Shown: one piece after another, positions 39,934 to 49,963 of the stretch
How positions within the stretch are numbered: the first letter of the stretch is position 1
How the letters are laid out: every line of letters starts with the position of its first letter
Assembly: GCA_938083195.1 (NCBI GenBank)
Contig: CALKCK010000038.1
Span: 8,186-72,185 of the forward strand
Direction: 5' to 3'
DNA length: 64,000 nt
Origin: an uncultured Pirellulaceae bacterium
GTDB lineage: Bacteria > Planctomycetota > Planctomycetia > Pirellulales > Pirellulaceae
The notes under the pieces: generated by a model
Told to the model about the DNA's origin: nothing
Databases searched by the model: none
What the model saw: the letters and a program-made list of their open reading frames with translations, nothing else
Made by a program: the position numbers and the translations under genes

Positions 39934-41979
39934 ATGTCTTATCGCGGTATCAAACGCGTCCTTGGCGAGTCTAACCTTGAACGGAAAATCCGTATCTGGT
40001 TCGGCATGTGCCTGCTGGGTTTGATGGGAGGATCTTTTTGGCTGTTAAATAAAATCACCGAAGATCAAATCTATGACAACATTCAGAAAACGGCAAAAAG
40101 TTTTAAATCGGACTATCTACTGCGGACACACTTAGAAAACATTCAGAACATCCCTCAAGCCGAGGAGGATTTACTCGCAAAACTCGCTGAGAATGGGGCG
40201 GGTTACATGTACTCCGCGAAAACTATTTTTTTACCAAGCAAAGTCACACGGAATCTAATTGGCACATTCGATGGTGGTCTCTCAAAGCCCAAACCAGAGA
40301 TCGATGAGTCGAAAGCCCAGAATGGAACCGACCAAGAAGAAGCCAACCAAGAAGAAACTGGCCAAGAAGAAACCAACCAAGAAGAAACTAACCGCCTCAA
40401 ACTGCTAACCGAGAAAGTGCGGCCACTCCAGATAAATCAGGATCGACTGGACGCGTATAAAAAGAGTGACGTTGCCAAATACGAAGAGTATAAAAAAAAG
40501 ATCGAAGAGGACGCGACGGCGGATGATTGGAAATCTTGGGAAGTCGATAACTTCGAGGGTGAGCAATTTGTTTATTACGCCCCGATTATATTTAATGCAG
40601 AATGCAGCGCCTGCCACTGGCTCATCACTGAAGACCCAGCCATCCAGTTAGAACTCGATGGCCTTCAAAGACGACTTATCGAAGATGACATTACCACGAA
40701 TGAAATCGATAAAATCCTCGATGAAACAAACAATTACGCGCCTTCCCTCTTTCTGAAAATATCGCTCGACAACAAATTAACACAAGATACTCTCACACGG
40801 AGTCGCGCAATTCTCATCTCGGTCGCGATTGGAACCGTTGTTATCTGCGTCGCTTTTCTTTGGGCAATCGTGCGGTATGTCATTGTCAAGCCGTTGGCCC
40901 ACCTTCGCGACGTCACCGAAGAAGTCAGTCAAGGTAGAATGGATGTTCGCGCCGAGGTCAATACAGGTGATGAGTTTGAAGAATTATCACGCTCTTTCAA
41001 TCGCATGCTGCGACACCTCATGGATACGCAGGTGGCACTTCAGGGTGCCAATCAAGATCTAGACAGCAAAGTCGACGAACAGGCACAATTGAATCTGAAG
41101 CTCTATGAGATGAACCAGATTAAAAGTGAATTTCTGGCCAACATGAGCCACGAACTACGGACGCCTTTGAACAGCATTATTGGATTTTCTGAAATCCTCG
41201 AAACGGCAAAAGGCTTGGAGGATAAACAGGTTCGTTTTGCTTCCAACATTCGAAACTCTGGGCGATTACTACTCGATTTAATCAACGACATTCTTGATTT
41301 AGCCAAGCTTGAAGCTGGAAAAATGAATGTTAACCCAAGTGAATTCAAACTTCCTCAGCTCATCTCAGAGCTTTGCGAGATGGTCGCCAATCTAGCGGAA
41401 ACCAAAAACATTCAACTCACCGTTGATGTTAATTCTGATTTTCCAGTTGTCTTTCAAGACAAAATCAAACTGCAACAAATTTTAACCAATCTCCTTTCCA
41501 ATGCGATCAAATTTACGCCAGAAGGCGGACGCATTAATGTCACTGCAGAGCAACTAGATTCCGAACCTGCGGAACTGCAAATTCATGTGCGAGACACGGG
41601 AGTAGGCATTGCGGCTCCGGATCAAGCCATCATCTTTGAAAAATTCAGGCAGGGACCTTCTGCCATCGGAAAAGACTCGCTGACCCGTGAAGTCTCTGGA
41701 ACCGGACTGGGACTTTCCATTGTAAAAGAACTCTGCATCCTTCTCGGTGGCAAAATCCAATTGGTTTCCGAGGTTGGAAAAGGGAGTACTTTTTCTATCA
41801 CGTTACCCTGGCGATTTCAGTCCGCTCCAAAAATCAACTCGGAAATTTCAGAGACGATTAACGAGCTTACCAAGAGCCAACGCGTCGACTTTGCCAGAGC
41901 AAACCTCACTCCGACTCCCCAAACCGAAGATATTGAAAACCTGCAATCAAACTCAGCTGCACCTGACACCTCCGATTAG
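39934..41979 (+). CDS. Membrane sensor histidine kinase (periplasmic CxxCH domain, HAMP, HisKA, HATPase)
   Basis: Two TM helices, CSACH at 40603-40617, HAMP (KPLAHL...GDEFEELSRSFNRM), SHELRTPL, NAIKFT, DTGVGI and GTGLGL. Confidence 0.9.
   Translation: MSYRGIKRVLGESNLERKIRIWFGMCLLGLMGGSFWLLNKITEDQIYDNIQKTAKSFKSDYLLRTHLENIQNIPQAEEDLLAKLAENGAGYMYSAKTIFLPSKVTRNLIGTFDGGLSKPKPEIDESKAQNGTDQEEANQEETGQEETNQEETNRLKLLTEKVRPLQINQDRLDAYKKSDVAKYEEYKKKIEEDATADDWKSWEVDNFEGEQFVYYAPIIFNAECSACHWLITEDPAIQLELDGLQRRLIEDDITTNEIDKILDETNNYAPSLFLKISLDNKLTQDTLTRSRAILISVAIGTVVICVAFLWAIVRYVIVKPLAHLRDVTEEVSQGRMDVRAEVNTGDEFEELSRSFNRMLRHLMDTQVALQGANQDLDSKVDEQAQLNLKLYEMNQIKSEFLANMSHELRTPLNSIIGFSEILETAKGLEDKQVRFASNIRNSGRLLLDLINDILDLAKLEAGKMNVNPSEFKLPQLISELCEMVANLAETKNIQLTVDVNSDFPVVFQDKIKLQQILTNLLSNAIKFTPEGGRINVTAEQLDSEPAELQIHVRDTGVGIAAPDQAIIFEKFRQGPSAIGKDSLTREVSGTGLGLSIVKELCILLGGKIQLVSEVGKGSTFSITLPWRFQSAPKINSEISETINELTKSQRVDFARANLTPTPQTEDIENLQSNSAAPDTSD
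40333..40392 (+). repeat. In-frame 15-bp tandem repeat x4 encoding QEEAN-QEETG-QEETN-QEETN
   Basis: CAAGAAGAAGCCAAC CAAGAAGAAACTGGC CAAGAAGAAACCAAC CAAGAAGAAACTAAC. Confidence 0.9.
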
Positions 41980-42080
41980 CCTCCCCGCGATCTCTTTGCA
42001 GCTTCCTTGAACCGCTAAACTTTTGCAAATCGATCCACTACAATACCCAAATTCCCGTTTCCTGCCCCGAACGATGCTCC

Positions 42081-42551
42081 GTGAACAATTCAGCCAGCAA
42101 CACAATTGAAGTCCATTTATTTACCGATGGTGGATGCAGTGGAAACCCCGGTCCAGGCGGATGGGGTTTCATTTTAAGACATCTGGCATCGGGAAAAGAA
42201 CTGGAAAAATCGGGCGGCATGGCACTCACAACGAATAACCAGATGGAACTGGAGGCCGTTATCCAGGGGCTGGCGATGCTTCAACGACCTTGCCGCGTCG
42301 AACTGTTTACTGACAGTGTTTACGTCGGCAAGGGGATGACCGAATGGATGCCAAAATGGAAAGCGAATGGATGGAAGCGGCGCGAAGGAAAAAAATTAGT
42401 CCCTGTTAAAAATGAAGAGTTTTGGAAACGTCTAGACCAACAACTCGCCCGGCATCAGGTCAAATACACTCGAGTTGCCGGACACAGTGGGCACGAAGAG
42501 AACGATCGAGTAGACGGCCTCGCGGTCGCGGCCTACCAAAAATACCTTTAA
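42081..42551 (+). CDS. rnhA: Ribonuclease HI
   Basis: FTDGGCSGNPGPGGWG, TNNQMEL, TDSVYV and GHSGHEENDRVD (D-E-D-D acidic set). GTG start. Confidence 0.95.
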   Translation: MNNSASNTIEVHLFTDGGCSGNPGPGGWGFILRHLASGKELEKSGGMALTTNNQMELEAVIQGLAMLQRPCRVELFTDSVYVGKGMTEWMPKWKANGWKRREGKKLVPVKNEEFWKRLDQQLARHQVKYTRVAGHSGHEENDRVDGLAVAAYQKYL

Positions 42552-42624
42552 ACGGGATCTCAGATCGACGGAATCTTGCAATCACAGGTCTACCCGTTTG
42601 TTGTCGCATCGAACAAAATAGGCC

Positions 42625-44730
42625 ATGGCTGATTCTGAACAAAACAACCCTTCGCCCCCGATTGAAAGACTAACTCAGTCAATCCTTTCAATTCACGGAA
42701 TTGGTGTTCATCGCGCTAAGTTACTCGAAAAACTTGGATTGCATAACGCAGCGGATCTGCTGTTCTTTTTCCCTCGATCCTACGAAGACTTCACCGAACT
42801 TCACCAAGTCACCGAACTCCAACACGAGCAAGTGGCTAATGTTGTGGGCGTCGTTGATGATGTCGATCCCGCAATTACTGGACGTGGAATGCACATCTTG
42901 TCGGTGCTAATTAAGCAGGACAACCAATTTTTAAAGGCGATTTGGTTTAATCAATCGTTCATGGCCAAAAAATTTCAAATTGGCCAACGCGTACTTCTGC
43001 GAGGCAAAACAAAATTAGCCTCCGGACGTTTTCAAATGTCCCACCCCAAAACGATTTGGTTGGACCCCGACCAGAATATTGAAAACGAAAAACAACTTTC
43101 CCCCATCTATCGATTAACGGAAGGAATCAACCAACGCCAGATGCGTGAATTAATCGCTCGGACAATTGATAGTTGTGCCGGGCTTATTCAAGAAGCTTTC
43201 CCTGAAGACTTGCGGAAACAAGTCGAAGTTTGCGAAATTGAAACGGCAATTCGTCAAATTCACGCGCCAAAAAACCACGAGCAAATGGAAAAGGCAAGAT
43301 CGCGCTTGGTTTATCAGGAGCTTTTCATCCTTCAACTCGCCTTAGCCATTCGCCGACATAGAATCAGAACCACCAATGTCTCGCCGCAACTGGAATTGAC
43401 GCCAAAAATTCGGGCACGCATCATCGGCAGGCTTCCCTTTACTTTGACAGAGACCCAAACAAAAGCGTTTCAAGAAATTGCCGAGGATATGGGGCAGAAT
43501 TTTCCGATGAACCGACTTCTGCACGGAGAAGTCGGCAGTGGGAAAACAGTCGTCGCCGTGTGTGCGATGCTGCTCGCTGTCGCTCACGGAAATCAAGCGA
43601 CACTGATGGCTCCTACAGAAATTCTCGCACAGCAACATTACCAAACACTAAAAAAACTGCTTGAAAACAGTCGCGTTCGCATGGTACTCTGGACCGGGAG
43701 CCTTAAGCCAGCTGAAAGAAAAAAGATCTCAAAGCAAATTTCCGCGGGGGAAGTCGATCTTGTCATTGGCACGCAAGCAGTCGTGGCCTCAAAAATTGAC
43801 TTCCACCAACTTGGCTTAGTCGTCATCGATGAACAACATAAATTTGGGGTTCGTCAACGTGCATTATTAAAACAATCTGGCCACGATCCACACTACCTCG
43901 TCATGACGGCGACGCCGATTCCAAGAACCATCTCGATGACTCTCTTTGGAGATCTCGATGTCTCGATTCTTCAAAGAACCAGTGGAGTGGGGCAAAAAGT
44001 AAACACTTATCTCGGAATCGAAAAAAACCGCGACCAGTGGTGGGATTTCTTTCGCAAAAAGCTAAAAGAAGGTCGGCAAGGATTTATTGTCGCCCCGCTG
44101 GTCAATGCTGACGATGACTCGGAATTAAGCAGTGCCGAACGAATGTTTGAAACGCTCGCCAATGGCCCACTCTCTGAATTTCGACTGGACGTTCTCCATG
44201 GCAAACAGTCTACCGAGGAAAAAGACATTGCGATGCAGAATTTCGTCTCTGGAAAAACGCAAGCCATCGTGGCCACGGGAGTAGTCGAAGTTGGCATCAA
44301 CGTTCCCAACGCGACGTTGATGACGATTGAGTCCGCCGAACGATTCGGTCTGTCGCAACTCCACCAGTTAAGAGGCCGCGTGAGTCGCGGCACTCACCCC
44401 GCGTTCGTCTGTGCGTTTACCACAACAAACGATCCAGAGTCAAACCATCGACTCACCGCATTTGCCGACAACGACAACGGATTTGAGCTTGCAGAAATCG
44501 ATCTGCAAATCAGGGGGCCTGGCAACCTATTCAGCACCCAGCAAAGTGGATTCCCGCCTTTAATGATCGCTGACCTCATTCGCGACACAGACATACTAAA
44601 GGCAGCCCAGCATGATGCTCGACAGTTGATCGAGCAGGATCCTGACTTGGAAGGCGGCGACTACCAGCGTCTTAGGCAACTAGTCTTTGCCAGGTATGGA
44701 AAGGCCCTGCAACTCAGTGACGTAGGCTAA
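42625..44730 (+). CDS. recG: ATP-dependent DNA helicase RecG
   Basis: Wedge/OB region, GEVGSGKT, DEQHKFGV.QR, MTATPIPRT, AERFGLSQLHQLRGRV and DLQIRGPG (TRG). Confidence 0.95.
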   Translation: MADSEQNNPSPPIERLTQSILSIHGIGVHRAKLLEKLGLHNAADLLFFFPRSYEDFTELHQVTELQHEQVANVVGVVDDVDPAITGRGMHILSVLIKQDNQFLKAIWFNQSFMAKKFQIGQRVLLRGKTKLASGRFQMSHPKTIWLDPDQNIENEKQLSPIYRLTEGINQRQMRELIARTIDSCAGLIQEAFPEDLRKQVEVCEIETAIRQIHAPKNHEQMEKARSRLVYQELFILQLALAIRRHRIRTTNVSPQLELTPKIRARIIGRLPFTLTETQTKAFQEIAEDMGQNFPMNRLLHGEVGSGKTVVAVCAMLLAVAHGNQATLMAPTEILAQQHYQTLKKLLENSRVRMVLWTGSLKPAERKKISKQISAGEVDLVIGTQAVVASKIDFHQLGLVVIDEQHKFGVRQRALLKQSGHDPHYLVMTATPIPRTISMTLFGDLDVSILQRTSGVGQKVNTYLGIEKNRDQWWDFFRKKLKEGRQGFIVAPLVNADDDSELSSAERMFETLANGPLSEFRLDVLHGKQSTEEKDIAMQNFVSGKTQAIVATGVVEVGINVPNATLMTIESAERFGLSQLHQLRGRVSRGTHPAFVCAFTTTNDPESNHRLTAFADNDNGFELAEIDLQIRGPGNLFSTQQSGFPPLMIADLIRDTDILKAAQHDARQLIEQDPDLEGGDYQRLRQLVFARYGKALQLSDVG

Positions 44731-44737
44731 CTTCTAT

Positions 44738-45076
44738 CTACAATCTCGCCGCTGCAAAGAAAAGGAAAAAGACACCGACTGAACCACAAAGAAGCGAAAG
44801 TCCGCCAAGCACAATTCCAATCCAGGCGTGCGCCGATCCTTTAATTACTGGATTCCGTTTTCTGTCGGCTAAACCCATAAAGCCTAAAACGACCGAGACA
44901 AGACCGAGTGGAAAAATCAAAAGTGATCCTATCCCAAGGTAATAAGCAATCAGTGCTTTGGGGTTTTTGTAGGGGATTAAACCGCCCGTCGCATCGCCCT
45001 CTTCATGCCCGCTCGGTCTAGCAACAGGTTGGGGCCGACTGGTGGCACGGTATGGATTCTCGGGATTTTTAGCCAT
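44738..45076 (-). CDS. Small membrane protein, DUF4190-like
   Basis: NPY N-terminal motif, two hydrophobic segments (ALIAYYLGIGSLL; AWIGIVLG). Start ATG 45076. Confidence 0.65.
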   Translation of the reverse strand: MAKNPENPYRATSRPQPVARPSGHEEGDATGGLIPYKNPKALIAYYLGIGSLLIFPLGLVSVVLGFMGLADRKRNPVIKGSAHAWIGIVLGGLSLLCGSVGVFFLFFAAARL

Positions 45077-45158
45077 AAAATCAGACACCCAAATAAATTG
45101 TTGCACTTGATAAACCGTAACTTCTTAAGGTTATCAAATAGACAGCCGTCCGTCAAAA

Positions 45159-46304
45159 TCAGTTGGCTACCGCAATCTCCTCTCCAACCTCCCAGTTAGT
45201 GAATTCGTTTTCATCCCGAATGACTTTTCGGTAAATCGTGTCTCTTTCGACGGGATCGCGTCCGGCTTCGCGTATCAGATCTTCAAGCCGCTCAACCGAT
45301 AAAAATTCGGGGGTCGTTGCCCCTGCATCGTGATAGATCAACTCCTGCCGAACCGTTCCGTCGAGATCGTCCGCACCGTAAGCCAAGGCTGCCTGGGCCG
45401 TGCCGATTCCCAGCATAATCCAGTAGGCCTTAACATGGTCGATGTTGTCGAGCATCAAACGACTGACCGCAATCGTCCTTAAGTCTTCCGTGGCGGTTGG
45501 CTTCTTAATGTGATCAAGACCGGTGTTCTCCGGATGGAATGCAAGCGGGATAAATGTCTGAAATCCACCCGTTTCATCTTGAAGATCACGAAGACGAATC
45601 AAGTGGTCAACTCGGTGAAGTGGCTTTTCCACATGCCCATAAAGCATCGTGCAATTTGTCTTAATTCCCAACTGATGGGCAGTTCGATGGATATGAATCC
45701 AATTGTTTCCATCCGCCTTATGTTCACAAATTTGATCGCGAACTTCAGGGTGAAAAATCTCAGCTCCGCCACCTGGCATGCTTCCCATTCCAGCGTCTCG
45801 CAGTTCTTGCAAAATCTCAGCGGTGGGACGCTTTTCAAGAAACTCAAACCAGTTAATTTCAACTGCAGTCCATGCTTTGAGATGAAGCTTCGGGAAATTC
45901 TCGTGCAACAAACCAATCATGTCGCGATACCAGGCGTACTTTCGCTGGTGATGCAACCCACCGACAACATGGATTTCAGTGCAACCGTTGTCGGTGGCTT
46001 CTTGGCCACGAGCAATGATTTGAGCATCGTCCATCGCATAACTCTTGTCACTGCGAAGGTCGGAACGAAAGGCACAGAAAACGCATCGGTAAACACAGAC
46101 GTTTGTCGCGTTTAGATGAGAGTTGATGTTGTAGTAGGCCGCATTTCCGTTCTTCCGTTCACGCACAATATTGGCGAGTTGCCCTAGGTCGTTGACAGGG
46201 ATTTCGGGATCGTACATCAGCAACCCGTCATCCAACGATAATCGCTCGCCAGATTCGATCTTGTCTCGGATAGGCTTCAAACGTGGATCAACAGAAAAAA
46301 TCAT
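45159..46304 (-). CDS. mqnE: Aminofutalosine synthase (radical SAM)
   Basis: NATNVCVYRCVFCAF (CxxxCxxC), HVVGGLH, SMPGGGAEIF, TMLYGHVE, FIPLAFHPEN and HVKAYW. Clustered with menaquinone genes. Confidence 0.85.
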   Translation of the reverse strand: MIFSVDPRLKPIRDKIESGERLSLDDGLLMYDPEIPVNDLGQLANIVRERKNGNAAYYNINSHLNATNVCVYRCVFCAFRSDLRSDKSYAMDDAQIIARGQEATDNGCTEIHVVGGLHHQRKYAWYRDMIGLLHENFPKLHLKAWTAVEINWFEFLEKRPTAEILQELRDAGMGSMPGGGAEIFHPEVRDQICEHKADGNNWIHIHRTAHQLGIKTNCTMLYGHVEKPLHRVDHLIRLRDLQDETGGFQTFIPLAFHPENTGLDHIKKPTATEDLRTIAVSRLMLDNIDHVKAYWIMLGIGTAQAALAYGADDLDGTVRQELIYHDAGATTPEFLSVERLEDLIREAGRDPVERDTIYRKVIRDENEFTNWEVGEEIAVAN

Positions 46305-46518
46305 TTCAGGTCTTTCAGGAAAATTTAATTCTCGTGAATTAATTCGTTATCAATCGTTGCCATGCTAAGGCTCTGGTTGGCTAAGCAATCTTTGGTCTGC
46401 GGCGGAAAGTACCGCTATCGGAGGCGCTTTACCGATGATCGGTTTAATCTAATGGAGAGTTTATTTTGACCATTGGAAACTGTCTATCTTAACCTGTAAA
46501 TAACCGCTTCTAGTTGAG

Positions 46519-47442
46519 TTAAATAACCAGCAAATCGAGGGTTCCCGCGGCCAATAAACCCATGCTAATAAATGAATTCACGTTGAAAAAAGCGACATTT
46601 ACTCGGTCTAAATCGTCTGGTCGAACGAGTGAATGTTCGTAAATCAAGAGCAAGGTCACCCCTGCCAGCGTTACCCAGTACAGCCAGCCAAAACCCAATC
46701 GAGGTCCGCCCACAAGAAAGGTCCAAGGCAAGCAAGCCAATAAACAGATCATGATCAGATGGCAGACTCCAGACAATCGCAGTGCCCCACCAATTCCCAG
46801 TCTCACTGGAATGCTGTTTAAATGGTGGTCGCGGTCGTATTCAAAATCCTGACAAGCATAAATCATATCGAACCCAGCAACCCAAAATAGGACTGCAAGC
46901 CCAAGAACAACCGATGGCAGCAGATCGAGAGGGCTATCCAACACCACCAGACCACGAATGGCAAGCCAAACGCAAACTGGCGAAAGCATTAATGCCAACC
47001 CTAACCAGAAATGCGCCAACGACGTAAATCTCTTCGTATAGCTGTAACCGAACAAGACTCCCATGACCGGAATCGAGACCAAGAGCGGAAGATAATTGGG
47101 CAGAAAGAAGCAAGTTCCTGCAACGAACAAAAGAGTTGAAAACACGGTAAACATGACGACCGAGACAACCGACAATTCACCCGCTGGCAAATGCCGTCGA
47201 GCTGTCCGCGGATTTTTAGCATCAATAACACGATCAGCCAAGCGATTGAAAGCCATCGCTGCACTGCGGGCACCGACCATACAAACTAGGATTCCCACAA
47301 AATGCAGCCACCGAAAACTCGCGAGCCCTTCTGGATCGGGTACTGACCAAGCCATCACGGCGGCCAGAAGTGCGAAAGGCAACGCAAAAATAGTGTGGCT
47401 AAACCGGATCATCTCCAGTAATTTTTTCAATTGCGGAAGCAT
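46519..47442 (-). CDS. UbiA-family prenyltransferase (futalosine-route MqnP-like)
   Basis: MIRFSHTIFALPFA, AMAFNRLADRVID..NPRT..R, YSYTKRFT and FDMIYACQD. Confidence 0.87.
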   Translation of the reverse strand: MLPQLKKLLEMIRFSHTIFALPFALLAAVMAWSVPDPEGLASFRWLHFVGILVCMVGARSAAMAFNRLADRVIDAKNPRTARRHLPAGELSVVSVVMFTVFSTLLFVAGTCFFLPNYLPLLVSIPVMGVLFGYSYTKRFTSLAHFWLGLALMLSPVCVWLAIRGLVVLDSPLDLLPSVVLGLAVLFWVAGFDMIYACQDFEYDRDHHLNSIPVRLGIGGALRLSGVCHLIMICLLACLPWTFLVGGPRLGFGWLYWVTLAGVTLLLIYEHSLVRPDDLDRVNVAFFNVNSFISMGLLAAGTLDLLVI

Positions 47443-47500
47443 GAGGCTACTGCTGTTCTCGTGATGTTCAAACCAGAAATTGTAGAACCAAACTAATCGA

Positions 47501-48103
47501 TTACTCTACACCCCAGCGACCGACTAGATCGTGTTCAATATCGAATTGGTCTAATATACGTGCGACGATAAAATCGACCAAATCCGAAACTGCTTCAGTT
47601 TCTTGATAAAAACCGGGCGAAGCTGGCAAAATGGTCGCCCCGGCGGCACAAGCGGTTCGCATATTATCGATCTGAATCAACGACAATGGCGCCTCGCGGG
47701 GAACTAAAACGAGTGGCCTATTTTCTTTGAGGTGAACATCGGCTGCCCGCTGGATTAAATTACGACTCGCCGCCGTCGCGATTCCAGACATCGTCCCACC
47801 ACTGCATGGACAAACGATCATTCCTCGAGTCTTAAAAGAACCACTGGCGATGGGCGTCATGAAGTCTTTGTAATGATGATAAGTCAAAGAACCGTCTTTG
47901 GCACAATCCGGCACAAGTTGCCCTAACTCAAAATGTTGAAGATCTAGCTCTAGATTTAACTCATGCTTTGCCACCACGCGCGCAGATTCACTGATAGTCA
48001 GATGAACTGCTACCTGAGATTCCAGCAAGACTTGAAGCAGACGTTGGCCGTAAACCAAACCGCTTGCCCCAGTGATCGCCAAAACAATTGGAGATTGACT
48101 CAT
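47501..48103 (-). CDS. ubiX: UbiX-family flavin prenyltransferase
   Basis: AITGASG, IASGS, PCSGGTMSGIA, LVPREAP and PASPGFY. Confidence 0.9.
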   Translation of the reverse strand: MSQSPIVLAITGASGLVYGQRLLQVLLESQVAVHLTISESARVVAKHELNLELDLQHFELGQLVPDCAKDGSLTYHHYKDFMTPIASGSFKTRGMIVCPCSGGTMSGIATAASRNLIQRAADVHLKENRPLVLVPREAPLSLIQIDNMRTACAAGATILPASPGFYQETEAVSDLVDFIVARILDQFDIEHDLVGRWGVE

Positions 48104-48113
48104 TCTTCACTCG

Positions 48114-48839
48114 CTACTTGGTTCCGATATAAAGCGTCGCAATCCCGAAAGTCAGGGGATAAAACTTAGCCGTAGATAATCCGGCGTTTAACATCCGTTC
48201 GGTTAGCTGTTCGTAGCACGGGAATTCACCAACGCTGTCGGGCAGATAACTATAGGCACTCGAATCGTTTCGCGCCATCCACTGACCAATCCGAGGAAGT
48301 ACATTTTTAAAATACCAGCCATACAAGCCTTTGATCGGTTGGTATCTCGGCACCGAAAACTCTAGGATCGCTACCTGTCCCCCTGGCTGACAAACCCGCG
48401 TCATCTCCCGAAGGCCCAGATCGGTATCCGCAACATTCCGCAACCCAAACGCGGCAGAAACAACTTGGAACCGATCGTCTTCGAAGGGAAGATTCTGGGC
48501 ATCCGCCTCTACAAACGAAACCTCCCGATCAGTTTTGTCGCTCTTTTCTCGGCCGACCTCCAACATCTCGTAACAAAAATCCGACCCGACTACTGGAACC
48601 CGACCCTGCGTGTACTTATGAAACGAAAAAGCAAGATCTCCCGTTCCTGTACAGACATCCAAAATCGGATCCGTTTGATTCGGCTTCAGCTTGCGGACGG
48701 ACTTCCAACGCCAGTAACGATCCACATTCATCGACAGAAGATGGTTCATTCGATCGTATTTGGGCGCAATTTCGCCGAACATCTTTCGAACACGCTCGTT
48801 TGATTTATCGACAACCATATTTGGAACTGTTTCCCACAT
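48114..48839 (-). CDS. menG: Demethylmenaquinone methyltransferase (UbiE/MenG)
   Basis: MFGEIAPKYDRMNHLLS, LDVCTGTGD, AFGLRNV and YSYLPDSV. Alternative start 48818. Confidence 0.88.
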   Translation of the reverse strand: MWETVPNMVVDKSNERVRKMFGEIAPKYDRMNHLLSMNVDRYWRWKSVRKLKPNQTDPILDVCTGTGDLAFSFHKYTQGRVPVVGSDFCYEMLEVGREKSDKTDREVSFVEADAQNLPFEDDRFQVVSAAFGLRNVADTDLGLREMTRVCQPGGQVAILEFSVPRYQPIKGLYGWYFKNVLPRIGQWMARNDSSAYSYLPDSVGEFPCYEQLTERMLNAGLSTAKFYPLTFGIATLYIGTK

Positions 48840-49009
48840 CTTCTAGCTTGGGGACCGTATGATCGATGATTCTTCGGAATTTTCACCTTAGAACATCACT
48901 GACACCGCTGTACTTGAATTGACCGAATCTGACAGGATACATTAACTGGTAGGAAATGCTATGGAACTAACAAACCAGCCGAAAATATCAAAGTTTTAGC
49001 CTGAATCAC

Positions 49010-49783
49010 ATGAATCGACCCGTATACGACGTGGCCCTCCTGCCAAGCCTAGTTTCCCCCGAATCGCTCACCGGCCAAACAGTTATCGTCGTCGATGTCT
49101 TGCGAGCAACAACAACGATCGTGAGTGCGCTTTACAACGGATGCACCGAAGTTATGCCCCAACCTAGCGTCGAGGCAGCTCGCATGGCTTACCAGCAGTT
49201 TCAAGGAGATGCCGTCATTGGCGGAGAACGAGGCGGTCAGATCGTCGAGGGATTCCATCAGGGAAATTCGCCAATCGAATACACGCCAACAACAATTAAA
49301 GACAAGACGCTTATTCTCGCAACAACCAACGGGACGGTTGCGATGGAACACTGCCGCGCTGCCAATCGGGTGCTGATTGGTGCAATGGTTAATCTCGACG
49401 CGGTGGCCCAGCAGATCAAAGAAGATTCCCAAGTGACCGTGGTTTGCTCGGGAACCGACCGCTGTATTACCAGCGAAGATGTTCTGTTCGCGGGCGCCCT
49501 GCTGGAGCGAATCATCGCCATCCGAATCGAAGCCAACCAACCTGCTGGCCAATTGACGGACATGGCCTCGATAGCATTGGGACACTGGAAAACCACTCGA
49601 CGGGAGTTGGATCAAGGTAAACCTCTGGCTGATTTTTTCCGTAACGCCAGAGGAGGCCTCAATTTAGTTAAAATTGGGCATGACCCCGATATCGTATTTG
49701 CGTCTCAAATCGACACTTTCAATCTCGTCCCCGAACTGGATCTTGAACGCTGGACTATCAAAGATCCTCGACCAAAAAATTAA
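49010..49783 (+). CDS. comB: 2-phosphosulfolactate phosphatase family protein
   Basis: VVDVLRATTTI, GGERGG, GNSP, ATTNGT and EDVLFAG. Confidence 0.85.
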   Translation: MNRPVYDVALLPSLVSPESLTGQTVIVVDVLRATTTIVSALYNGCTEVMPQPSVEAARMAYQQFQGDAVIGGERGGQIVEGFHQGNSPIEYTPTTIKDKTLILATTNGTVAMEHCRAANRVLIGAMVNLDAVAQQIKEDSQVTVVCSGTDRCITSEDVLFAGALLERIIAIRIEANQPAGQLTDMASIALGHWKTTRRELDQGKPLADFFRNARGGLNLVKIGHDPDIVFASQIDTFNLVPELDLERWTIKDPRPKN

Positions 49784-49963
49784 AATACTTGCCATCATCG
49801 CAAGTTCCTCCCGCCTACTGCTAATGCCCTTGAGGACGTAAAATAAACAGTGGGCGTTTGTTCAATTCCCAAGTAAAATCGAGTCGCGACAACCACGACT
49901 CGCGACAACTATGATTCGCCCCAATGCCAACGCAACACTTTAGCTTCTACTGGACCCTTTGCC

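Noticed and set aside
49784-49963. T-box upstream of glyQS; GAGTCG/CGACTC hairpin and near-duplicated GA(G/C)TCGCGACAAC
   Set aside because: The region is too short, and no T-box UGGNACC or specifier-loop motifs are present.
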